Part shown: piece by piece, positions 34,352 to 44,964 of the stretch
Position numbering within the stretch: the stretch's first letter is position 1
How the letters are laid out: every line of letters begins with the position of its first letter
Origin: Histomonas meleagridis 2922-C6/04-290x
Lineage: Eukaryota > Protista > Parabasalia
DNA: 64,000 bases
Direction: 5' to 3'
Assembly (NCBI GenBank): GCA_020184695.1
Contig: JAANOX010000245.1
Location: forward strand, 124,001-188,000
Position numbers and translations under genes: made by a program
Notes under the pieces: generated by a model
What the model saw: the letters and a program-made list of their open reading frames with translations, nothing else
What the model was told of the DNA's origin: nothing
The model's database searches: none

Positions 34352-34600
34352 TTAATGATGCTAGTTTTTCCCAATTCTACAGAGATCATCATAAATTTAA
34401 TAAAATGATTACAAATGTGACATGTTTTATGACCCAAATTGAATGAATTTATTCAATGAATTGAAATTTTGAAAGAGTCAAAACTTGATGTTTATGAATT
34501 TGAGTAGGATTTTTGAGTGCTTGTTTTCCAGTCGTGACATGTTCTGTGGTTGAATGCATTCAATGTTTTTAGGGTTTTTTTTATCACCTAACAAATTGCG

Positions 34601-35029
34601 ATGACGTTCCAAAACTGTGTACATTTTCAACCATATATCTCCCAAGAAGTGCCTTACAAGAAAGCAAAAATAATTAAGCATAAGTTCACAAAAGAAGAAG
34701 ATAAACAACTCATTGAATTAGTTGGAAATGAAAAATTTCCAAATTGGCAAGAAATTGTAAAACCTATACCAGGCAAAACATGTCGCCAATGTAGAGATAG
34801 ATATCAGCATTATTTAGCACCGGGACTATCAAAAGATCCATGGTCTGAGGAAGAAGATCAACTTATTCTCTATCTATACAGAAGATACGGACCTAACTGG
34901 TCACTTATTGCAGAACATTTTAAAAATAAAAGGACTAACAACGGGATTAAAAATAGATTTAACAATCATTTAAAAAAGAAATTGGAGATGGATTCTTTCC
35001 TAAATGAAACAATAGATATTAATCCATAA
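34601..35029 (+). CDS. R2R3 Myb-like DNA-binding protein
   Basis: KFTKEED...NWQEI...KTCRQCRDRYQHYL, PWSEEEDQLI...YGPNWSLIAEHF..RTNNGIKNRF. Confidence 0.92.
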   Translation: MTFQNCVHFQPYISQEVPYKKAKIIKHKFTKEEDKQLIELVGNEKFPNWQEIVKPIPGKTCRQCRDRYQHYLAPGLSKDPWSEEEDQLILYLYRRYGPNWSLIAEHFKNKRTNNGIKNRFNNHLKKKLEMDSFLNETIDINP

Positions 35030-36144
35030 GATCCATTCGTGCTGCACGATTTATTTGCAGGGAATGAACTTATTGAAGAATTGTTTGATTTTAAAAAAAA
35101 TTTAGTGCAATAAGTTCAAATATACAAAGCAACACTTGCTTATTTTCAAACTTATTTTTCCCTTTTTGAATACCATTGATGAAATTTTATCAATAATTGA
35201 TAATAAATTTTTTCAATATAAATCTACGGAAGCTACCACTTTCGAACCCTTGGAACTCCCTTTTTTAGTATATATGTTGAATTCAACAGCAAATAATGAT
35301 TTCTATCTCTCATAAAAAATGATTTGTTTAAACAAATATTTCTAAATATTTTGAATGAAAACGTTTTCCATGATCGATATTACGGTTGACACTTTTTCCG
35401 CCATCGATGATGCAAAAAGTGCCTCATCGAGTCATCATCGATGAATTTGTGAAGTTCACAATCAAAATTTCGAATTAATACCATCGTCAACGGTTTGAAT
35501 TCAAAAAGTATCCACTTTTATGTAACGAAATCACTCAAACGTTTGACAGTGATTAACGTGCATTGTAATATTGTGTCGTTTTTGTTCATCCACTTTTTGA
35601 TATGTACGATATAAAAATTGATAAAATTTTTGAATATTGCAGAACGTTTAATATCATCGACCGATGGTCTATCGTTAAATAACGGTTGCAGTTTCATCAT
35701 CTATGATGAAAAAAGTGAAAGCATCATCATAGATGATGAAAAATGGCAAACGATACGTCATCGATGTTCAACTTTTACCAACCTTATTTATATATCTCAA
35801 TTCTCTGTCTATAAAATTGAGTACTGATTTCAAAATAATATATTTCAGCTAATGGATGTAATATATCTTAAATATATATCAAATTATATGGGTAAATTTA
35901 TCGATCGCATTCTCGAAATGTATCGTTTCATTATTATAAAGCACAAATAAAAAAAAAATATAAATAAATAAACTAGCAGTTTGAATTTAGATTGAAATCT
36001 AGACGTAAATGAAAAACTTATAATATTTAAAAATTATTCAATGAAAACCGACCCGTCCCGATAAGTAGAGCCGAATTCAATACTTTATATCAAAAATGAA
36101 GTCATCTCAGTTCACTTTTTTTCACCAAACTTTACTGTTCGGAT

Positions 36145-36373
36145 AAATCCACTTTTTATTTTAATCTGCGTATGAACCGTAATAACATGTAAGTTAATTC
36201 ACAATAACCTAAAAGCGGTTTTTCCTGTATCGGACATGATTTTCTGAATAAAACCGCCTTTGGTAACGATAGCCCGACTTAAGAGCGGTTGTACCCATAT
36301 CGTACATTATTATCTGAATATAACCGTATCATGATTCAAATTTGAATACAGCCGCTTGGGCAACGATACGGGC
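36145..36373 (-). repeat. Right arm of the imperfect inverted repeat (partner 30801-31000), with an extra internal subrepeat
   Basis: Reverse-complement matches as above. 36296-36326 (CCATATCGTACATTATTATCTGAATATAACCG-like) is a second inverted copy of the left-arm motif at 30889-30920. Confidence 0.85.
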
Positions 36374-37211
36374 TAATTGAATGATATCGAAATTTGCCAT
36401 CTTACCACCAAACGAATTACCTGTAACACTCAACTGATTATACTAATTAATTCCATTAAAATTAATGACATATGACAGCCATACCAAAATTAGTATGTTT
36501 AAGTCGATGATGACACTAAAAAATTAGCAAATTTAATCATTTCAATCTTATAAATTTTAAATTTGGCAACTCATAATAAATTTAAAGACCAACTTATAAT
36601 TTAGGGCAAAAAAAATATCCCGAATTAGCAACATTATATATAATTATTTCATACTAATTTTATTTTAAAATTTCAAAGTGGTATATAAAAATTATTCGAA
36701 AAATTGAATGCAGTGAACATGGGCACAATTTTGTAAATCACTGACTAATTGTTATATTCTGATATTTTGTGGTAATATCAAAAAATCCATATCGTACACA
36801 TTGACCACTTTAACTGGCCGGCCAATTAATCGACATGTTGCGCAGAGAAAATTTTGTTTCAATCAGAAAATTTTGTAGGATCTTTGATATATATAATATT
36901 AAAACCTTAAACAAAAATTATATATGAAACAAATATTGCACATTTATAAAATCAAAGTTTCAAAATTTCAAAAATCAATTTTGAAAAATTCTTGATTATT
37001 TTAATTTCCCGTGAAATTTATATTTTGGCTTGTGAAATTTTACCTGGTGAATTTGTTATTTGGATTTGAATTTATAAGATTATTATCTGTTCAGGTTATT
37101 TTTCACATTTTTTAATGATGAATATCTTATATGAAGAACACATGTATTATCACTTAGATTCAATTATTTTCCTTAAATTGACCAAATGAAATTTAATATT
37201 AATTTTTATTA

Positions 37212-38675
37212 TTAAAACCTAAAAAAGAACAAATACTCGAGTTTTTGGAAGTAACCCTTGAAAGGAATATTATTCCACAATATTCGGAGATCCATTTCTT
37301 TCTCCTTCACTTGAACACTAATTTCATCTGTATCCAAATACGACAACGTAACTTTTCTTTCATTTTCGCAACGCACAGTAATGTTATGGCTTGCAGTTTT
37401 CGAATCAAAGCCGAAATCGCTCGCCGCAGCCAAAACGGTTGTTGTAAACAACCGCCAAAACTGGTCATCACACCACTTTTTGAAGCGCTTAATTGAATTT
37501 TCTGATGATAGATCTATCGTAGTAAACAAAAGTTGATTTTTGGGATCCGTTAAAATCAATTTCCCATCGGATAAATAAAGCAACGCAACAGTGTTATTAA
37601 ATCCTGTTACTTGTATTGCCAACTTTTCGAAGGATCTAACATGGCTTACATAACAGAAATCACATTTCATAAACTTACCAAATAAAATTGATTGAATTGT
37701 TTCCATTTGAGATTGAAGTTCAAACATTGACGTAATATACCGAGAAGGAAAAGAGTTAACTTCATAAATTTTGCGTACTAACAATGGTAAAAATAATGGA
37801 TATGGAGTTTGTTCATCTGTTTCATATGGTCGATCAGATATCGAAAATGTGTGCGTTTCCCCATTGACGTTGAATGATATGGAGTTTGACGACGGATGAA
37901 CTCTGTAATCCCTGTTATCTTTGATTATATCATTTTTCATGCTCCTGAAAAGAAGTTGAAGAATGATGCGCGAATTGCTACTCGCATATTTGGATTTGAT
38001 ATTCATAAATATGGTCTGGTTGTTGTAGTTAAAGAAAACATTGTTCGATGGCCTCCAAAAGATTTCGCCATCTCGATACTCGAGGACAATGGCGAGATAA
38101 GATGATGGATTTGATGGAATTACGGGAATGAATGCCCTTTGTATTTGATCTGGATAAAAACGTATGGGATATTTTTTTGAAATCTCAATCAATTTGCGAT
38201 ATTTATCTTTGGATTTAGAAATGTATTCTGATAATTCTAACGCTGAATCTAGTAAAAAGCGTGACGATTGCTGGAATTGTAATTGTTTTTCAACAATAAC
38301 AGAGCCAAGGGGAATATCTGGATTAATGATTTCTTTTTCTGTGTAAGCCGTTCCGCCAATAGCAAAAGCTTTATTTTCTGGCTTGTTGTCAGGGTTGCCT
38401 ATTGTATCAAGTGAGTTCAGTATGATGGATATAGTATTTATTTCATTAAAAATGCTTCGCATGTTTTCGTGATATATTTTCAAACTCTTCCCCAACATGG
38501 TTTTTTTGTCTTCTGTTTGTTTTTGTAATTGCTGGGGATCCATATTTATTGATTTCCATTTTTCAAAAAAAACATCAAGATCATTATTTTTGTCATCTAA
38601 AACTTCATTTCCTAAATCATCGAAAGAACAAATTGCTGGTTCATCTATTGGCTGCAGTGCTATATGTTGGCTCAT
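37212..38675 (-). CDS. Conserved hypothetical protein, possibly Mediator Med17-like
   Basis: Intact 487-aa ORF. KQLQFQQSSRFLLDSALELSEYISKSKDKYRKLIEI fits the Med17 helical pattern only loosely. Confidence 0.4.
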   Translation of the reverse strand: MSQHIALQPIDEPAICSFDDLGNEVLDDKNNDLDVFFEKWKSINMDPQQLQKQTEDKKTMLGKSLKIYHENMRSIFNEINTISIILNSLDTIGNPDNKPENKAFAIGGTAYTEKEIINPDIPLGSVIVEKQLQFQQSSRFLLDSALELSEYISKSKDKYRKLIEISKKYPIRFYPDQIQRAFIPVIPSNPSSYLAIVLEYRDGEIFWRPSNNVFFNYNNQTIFMNIKSKYASSNSRIILQLLFRSMKNDIIKDNRDYRVHPSSNSISFNVNGETHTFSISDRPYETDEQTPYPLFLPLLVRKIYEVNSFPSRYITSMFELQSQMETIQSILFGKFMKCDFCYVSHVRSFEKLAIQVTGFNNTVALLYLSDGKLILTDPKNQLLFTTIDLSSENSIKRFKKWCDDQFWRLFTTTVLAAASDFGFDSKTASHNITVRCENERKVTLSYLDTDEISVQVKEKEMDLRILWNNIPFKGYFQKLEYLFFFRF

Positions 38676-38855
38676 TATGTTAAATTGACTTGCTTAGTTT
38701 GGATATATGACGATAGGAAGTATTCCATGTTAATTCATTGATACTTTTTCAGGCAAAATTAATCGTCAGAGTATTGAATTATCAAATTGTGTTTGAGTGA
38801 AATTAAGATGGAAATTATTTCATGATGAAATCAAACCAATCATATCATTTTTAAA

Positions 38856-39372
38856 ATAGGTTTACTTTTTAGTAATTGGCTTAAGAACAAAGAAACAAGA
38901 ATTCTTATAAGAAGTTAGGACTTGATGCAGCAGGAAAAACAACAGTTTTATACAGACGAAAACTTGGTGAACATGTAACAACAATTCCAACAATTGGACT
39001 TAATTTCGAAACATTTGAATATAAAGAACTTAACATGAATGTTTCGGATGTTGGTCAAGTTAGAATTCTTCCACATTATTTCCACAACTTATTTTTGTTG
39101 TTGATTCTAAAGATATTGGAAAAATTGATGAAGCACGCGGTGTCCTTCATAGGCTTCTCGAAGAAGATGAATTACGGGTGCTATTTTACTTGTATATGCT
39201 AACAGCAAGATCTTCCAAACGCAGTTAAACCAAGTGAATTAGGTAATGGATTAAAGCTCAATAGCATTACAAATCGTCAATGGCAAGTGCAAGGACACAT
39301 GCAGCAACTGGTGATGGACTTTAAGAAGGATTAGATTGGATTGGTGAACAAATCAACAAAAAATGGAAATGA
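38856..39372 (+). pseudogene. ARF-family small GTPase pseudogene (absent from the ORF track)
   Basis: Across frames it reads (I)[42 protein letters not shown]...DEAR, ILLVYAN.QDLPNA, RQWQVQG..AATGDGL*EGLDWI. The start is ATA, with several indels and an in-frame TAA. Confidence 0.9.
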
Positions 39373-40014
39373 TTATTTAGGAATATTTAAATAAAAAGAC
39401 AAAATACCATATATATCTTGCTGCTGGGAATTTCTTATAATTTAAAAATATTTTAATTATATAAATAATACTCTTAATGAAATGAATTATTTATGAATTT
39501 TTACTAAAATACATTTATAAATGATTGTTCTTAATTTTAAAACATCTATTAGCAAAATTATACACAAATTTGTAATGCATAATTTCGTGGTTTTTTATTT
39601 CCAAAATTTAAATGTGATAAAAAAATCAGAATTGAGTATTACAACATGTTTTATTTCATCACTATATATAGTACCTGATATAAAAGCCCATTTAGGTTTT
39701 AAACATTGTGATGGAGTTAACTGTAAAAAGAGATAATGGAGCATTACATAACCCTTCCGTTACTTCAATTGGATGCACGTGAATTTTAGAAATTTGTTCA
39801 GGAAGGGATCAAGCATATACAATTAAGTAATCTTCTTCAAATGAAGACAAAATTCCTAAAATTCTTGTGTCAAATTCTCTCTCTTCATTCCTAAAAATTA
39901 AAAAAATTAAACTTTTAAATGTGTTCTTTTTTAAATATATTATAGGCGAAATAACACAATGATTTTTTGCATCTCGATTAAGTCAATAAAAAACAAAACT
40001 AATTTAGTGCTTCT

Positions 40015-40884
40015 TTACCATTCATCACCAAAGCATGCTATAGGCTGCTTAATTAGCCTGAGACATTTATCTTGAGCACGTAAGCGTTGGATTTGATCAT
40101 CAGTGAGCGAGAAAGAGTCATCAATGTTTTCCTTCAATCTTGATTCGGTAGCACTTTTTGCAAGTACAACAGTGTTATCATCAAGTTGCTGAAGATAGCG
40201 CAAAGCAACTGATCCTGCTGGTTTTCCAACTTCTTTTGAAATTTCTTGTAATACGGGATTATTCAATACTTCAGGATGACCTTGACCAAGGCATGAATAA
40301 CCTTCAAACTTGATACCTCTAAACTTGAGATACATACGAAGTGCTTCTTGTTGCATAAGGATGTGATATTCAACTTGATCAATATATGGTTGTATCTTAA
40401 CATCAGCAAAACGGAGCTTTTCAAGAAGTGGAACAGAGAAGTTGGCAACACCAATACGCTTTGTAAGACCAATTTCAACCATACGTTCCATAGCTTTCCA
40501 TGTATCAATTACTGATATTGAATGGTCAACAACTTCTTTCCCATCTGAATCAAAACGGGTAGCAAATGGCCAATGAATGAGATATAGGTCAACATAGCTA
40601 AGACCAAGCTTTTCAAGTGATTTACGCAATTCAACTTCAACATCCTCAGGTTTGTGATGATCATTCCATATTTTGGTAGTCACCCAGATTTCCTCACGTT
40701 TTATGACACCTCTTGCAAACAAATCTTTTAATCCATCGCCAACAGCTTTTTCATTTTTATAATATGCTGCCGCATCAATATGGCGGTAACCACACTTCTC
40801 GACTGCCATTATGACAGAAGCAGTTGTTTCTTCATCACTCTTATATGCCCAAGTACCAAGACCAACTCGAGGAATTGTTTCCAT
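40015..40884 (-). CDS. Aldo/keto reductase
   Basis: GLGTW, HIDAAAYY, TTKIWN, YVDLYLIHWP, IGVANF, LAKS motifs. Confidence 0.95.
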   Translation of the reverse strand: METIPRVGLGTWAYKSDEETTASVIMAVEKCGYRHIDAAAYYKNEKAVGDGLKDLFARGVIKREEIWVTTKIWNDHHKPEDVEVELRKSLEKLGLSYVDLYLIHWPFATRFDSDGKEVVDHSISVIDTWKAMERMVEIGLTKRIGVANFSVPLLEKLRFADVKIQPYIDQVEYHILMQQEALRMYLKFRGIKFEGYSCLGQGHPEVLNNPVLQEISKEVGKPAGSVALRYLQQLDDNTVVLAKSATESRLKENIDDSFSLTDDQIQRLRAQDKCLRLIKQPIACFGDEW

Positions 40885-41390
40885 AAAAATCTATGTAAAC
40901 TTCACAACTTTGAATTGATTAAACAAGTGTGATGTGAGATGTTTTTCAAAACAACGATAGGTTGTATCATCGCAATCGCCTTAATCACATTAGACATGTT
41001 TAATTTTGTGCTTTTAAAATCTCTAAATTAACTATTCAATATCTTTTCATATCCTTTATTGTTTCTAAGTAATTACTTCAACAATTTTATCGAATAAGAA
41101 ATGGCATTAATCCTTGTTCATCATAACTCCATATTTTATTTCCCAATGAATAGTAACTCGATTCTTTTTGCAAAAATTAAAGTTGGAAATGTAATTGTTG
41201 AAAATAGGTTGATAATTTGGGGAATGAACCCGAAGTTATGCGAAAAACAGTGAAAGAATTACTGGAACTTGGTATTATTAATGTATTACATCTGATATAT
41301 AACAAAGACACAACACAAATTCTAAAATCGCAAGTGATTCTTATTGCTAAGAAAATGACTAAAGGAGAAACAATAAAAAAATATATATAC

Positions 41391-42704
41391 TTACCATAAA
41401 AATTTTATAAAATACCAAATCATTCCGGTAATCAAACATAACAAAATCGTGTAAACAGCTAAGATTTGTGACTGCTTAAATCCAGTTGGTTGCCAACTAA
41501 GCAATTCTTGACTCTGGATTGAACATTTCTTTTTCAATGTATCACGAGATTTTTTAGGATCTGCAATTCGAAAATATGATGTTCTTGTTCGAAAGAATTT
41601 TTCACGCCTAAATCCCCAAAACCAACACCACTTCGAGTTTTCTTGAATTGAAATCTTTGATTCTGTTTCAGATTTATATTTTTCGGTTATTTGGGGTACC
41701 TCTGATATTTTCAATACTTTACTTCGAACTTTTGCATTTTTGATTTCCTTATACTGTTGGTGACTATCAGAATAAATCTCATTGTTTTTGAACAGTAATC
41801 CAAGTAAACCAATTGGCAAAACGGTTTCAAATATTGGAATTAATGATGAATTAAATTTCAATTGCTTCATTACTATATTTGATATAATAGTATATACAAC
41901 GTCTGAAGGAGGTTTTATGTTTGGGATGTTTCTACAAAATACGTCTGTTGTAAAATATTTATTTTCTATCAAAAAAGAAAATAGAGTTAGAGAATTCTTT
42001 TTTGAAGCACAACAACTCACTACAACAGATCTACATTCAGGAAAATTGCTAAATATTTTGTTAAAAATTAAAACATCTGACATATTGATTTTATCAACTT
42101 GTGAATCTAAATATGAAATGTAGTCGGCTGTAAGCCTCATAATATTGGCATGATTTCTTGATAAAAAGAGATCTATGCCATCTTCAATTAATTTGGGAAA
42201 TATTAATTGCCTTTGAGAAAAGTAATTGCTTTTGTCATATGTTCTTAAAAACAATGATAAAACAGACAATTTACTTTTTGAGGTTTGGATTCTTCTGATT
42301 TCGTTGAAAAAAATTGTATCAAATTTGGAAATATCTGAAAACATTGGGCTAGTTTTTGTAACATCTGAAAAAGCAGGCTCGACGTTCGATGTTGAGCCTA
42401 AAACTAAGTAAACACAAGAAGAGTTTTGATTTAAATAAATAATAATATCTGCTGAAGAAGTTAATTTGTATTTAGAAAAATAAAACTGGGATCTTCCTGA
42501 GCTAAAGTCTATTATAATGTGCTTTTTGTCGCTTTCTTCTCCAAATAGTTTTAATTTATTTTTCCCATTTAAAACCTTTCCAAAGATTATATCATACTCA
42601 CATCCACCTTGAGATAATATTCTGTAAGTATGATTTCCATATATAAGATAAGTAAAGAATCTTTTGTATTTTTCCATCCCAATAACCCAATAAACGTCTT
42701 CCAA
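41391..42704 (-). CDS. Hypothetical protein with C-terminal TM helix; start unresolved
   Basis: 437-aa open frame beginning at a TTG, ending ILAVYTILLCLITGMIWYFIKFLW. No family recognised. Confidence 0.55.
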   Translation of the reverse strand: MEDVYWVIGMEKYKRFFTYLIYGNHTYRILSQGGCEYDIIFGKVLNGKNKLKLFGEESDKKHIIIDFSSGRSQFYFSKYKLTSSADIIIYLNQNSSCVYLVLGSTSNVEPAFSDVTKTSPMFSDISKFDTIFFNEIRRIQTSKSKLSVLSLFLRTYDKSNYFSQRQLIFPKLIEDGIDLFLSRNHANIMRLTADYISYLDSQVDKINMSDVLIFNKIFSNFPECRSVVVSCCASKKNSLTLFSFLIENKYFTTDVFCRNIPNIKPPSDVVYTIISNIVMKQLKFNSSLIPIFETVLPIGLLGLLFKNNEIYSDSHQQYKEIKNAKVRSKVLKISEVPQITEKYKSETESKISIQENSKWCWFWGFRREKFFRTRTSYFRIADPKKSRDTLKKKCSIQSQELLSWQPTGFKQSQILAVYTILLCLITGMIWYFIKFLW

Positions 42705-43182
42705 TACAAAAATTTGAGTTGCACAAAAAAATTGTCTTTTTTGCTGGCAATGATAAACCAGCCTTCTCTTATCCTATTTTAACCATTTTTACAAAATAAA
42801 CAACAGAAGGACAGTATGTCTTTTAAACATAGAGTGAGCCAAAGTCTTAATGCTATCATTTATCTTGATTTTCAATTTTTTTTCTTGTCATAAATTTATC
42901 TTTAATTATTCAGAATCTGAAATTCAGACAAGAAGGAATTATGATTTAAATATAAGTAAAAGTCATTTTATTGAAAGGTCAATTAGAATCATATTTTGAC
43001 ATTTTTTATTTTTTTTCATGAAAAATTATCATTCGTATGTTATAAGATTTTTTACCATGATTAAATTTTCCAAGCCTAAAAAAGACGTTAAGTCACTTGA
43101 CTTTAATAATCTCGTTGAAAAAGATAAACGATCGTTTATGTCATATGACATTTTGGGGTGCCCTGGTCAGATCAAAACTAAA

Positions 43183-43371
43183 ATGGCTAAAGGAGCAGGC
43201 GAAACAAAGATTGCTGTTACAGCATCAGCTGGTGGTGGTGGCTTCAAAATGGGAAAGCGCGGAAAGTATCAAATCGGACAACAGTTCTCCCCTAATGGTG
43301 CTTTAATTCTCACGGCCGGTTTAATCGGAACAACACTTCTTCTCCATTTCATTGGTCGTTTCATTCATTAA
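43183..43371 (+). CDS. Sec61 translocon beta subunit-like tail-anchored protein
   Basis: 62 aa from ATG 43183, with a Gly/Ala/Lys-rich N-terminus and SPNGALILTAGLIGTTLLLHFIGRF resembling the Sec61beta P..VL......LH..G TM pattern. Confidence 0.7.
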   Translation: MAKGAGETKIAVTASAGGGGFKMGKRGKYQIGQQFSPNGALILTAGLIGTTLLLHFIGRFIH

Positions 43372-43655
43372 GTATCTAAACACACTTTACAAATTTTTTG
43401 ATTTTTAATGATTTCCTTTATTTTTATTTTGAAATGGAATTAATTTTATCATTTTCCCTTGAAGAGGAAAAAATCTTGAAAATATCTTTTTTTGGACTTT
43501 TGTTCTTCTATTTCACTCGGACATTATTACAATATTCTTAATTTTCTTCATTTTAAGCTGAAAACTTTTTTTTTCTTTCATCGATTTTCATTTCAAATAA
43601 CATGTCTGAAAACAAGGGAAATAATTTTCAAGTTTATTTCATCATTTAAAAATAT

Positions 43656-44348
43656 CTAGAAGTCATTATGTTGCTCATTTCCTATAAGGCTGTGAACTCT
43701 TTCTCCTGTTGATCTGAATAAAACCATTACTCTTCCAAAAAGAAATATCTGAACTAAAGCGCCCACAGTCCACATTATTCCCGACAATGCACATATTATT
43801 TTTGTGAATGTTCCTTCACCTGCAGCTATTGCATCAATCATTGTTATAATTCCCATTAATCCTGTATTTTTCAATCCAACCGCTGCATAACCATAACAAA
43901 ATATATACAAACCTTGTAATGCGAACCATCCCAAACCAATATTATTTTCTTTGCAATGATTATAAAGTTTGTGGTAATTAATTTTAAAAGCTAATGGAAC
44001 CGCAAGTACTCCAATGATAACACCAAACACAACATTTGTTCCTGTATTATATCTTGCTCCTGCGCCGCCCACCTTAATTTTTCCAGATACACAGCATGCA
44101 ATCAAATTAACAATAACAGTCACAAAAAGTGCGTAAATCTTATAATATGCAATACGAACAACCCATTGACTAATGATTGGAATTTCTTCTGAGATGTCAT
44201 GATACATGACTGGGTAAAAAGATGGAAAATTAAACTGTTTCTCATTTTCGACAATTTCAATGTTTTCTTTTTTAAGCGCTTTTTCTCTTCTGAGAAGTTC
44301 TTCTTCCTTTTGTTGGATAGCGTAATATCTCTCTTCAAGTTTGGACAT
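43656..44348 (-). CDS. SCAMP (secretory carrier membrane protein)
   Basis: Coiled-coil EELLRREK, NFPSFYPVMYHDISEEIP, four TM helices. Confidence 0.88.
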   Translation of the reverse strand: MSKLEERYYAIQQKEEELLRREKALKKENIEIVENEKQFNFPSFYPVMYHDISEEIPIISQWVVRIAYYKIYALFVTVIVNLIACCVSGKIKVGGAGARYNTGTNVVFGVIIGVLAVPLAFKINYHKLYNHCKENNIGLGWFALQGLYIFCYGYAAVGLKNTGLMGIITMIDAIAAGEGTFTKIICALSGIMWTVGALVQIFLFGRVMVLFRSTGERVHSLIGNEQHNDF

Positions 44349-44964
44349 TTGGTTTTTTTGAAAACTTTTTTAGCTAAAATTTAACAAGAATAAAACTTTT
44401 ACTTATTTTTATTTCAGAAATTTTTTTCTCCAAACGATTCTAAAATCGTTTATTTCTTTTCCTGTAACATGATATTATATTCTTACCAATTTATTCGACA
44501 CACATTAATTTTGATAAAAACCCAAATTTGTGAAATAAGTCATAAAATAAAATATTATTTATAAATATACTTTTATGCATATGTATTATAAAGACAAACC
44601 TTTAATCATTTGAAAACTTTTAACATTAATTCGAACTTACAAATGGTGAAACAATGATAGGTTCAATTACATTTTCACCAACATTATCATATGTCAAAGC
44701 ATTAAGTGAACTTACTTGTACATATTACTTTTAGAGGACGTTTAAAGACGTTAAACCATTACCTATATAAACCTAACAATTCTTGGGTATCAAAATTATT
44801 ATTATCTTTTTATAAAACTGTTTTTTATATTTGAAAATGAATTTTTAACATTAACAATTTATTTGTTATATATTTTCAAACTTAAAAACAATTCTATAAA
44901 AGGGAAATGCATTGACATTGTACTATTCACAAAACGATAAAAACGATGTCCAAAATTCAAATCT

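Noticed and set aside
30801-36373. Autonomous transposon or Maverick/Polinton
   Set aside because: No transposase, integrase, polymerase or capsid ORF and no clear target-site duplication, so it is reported only as an inverted-repeat-bounded segment.
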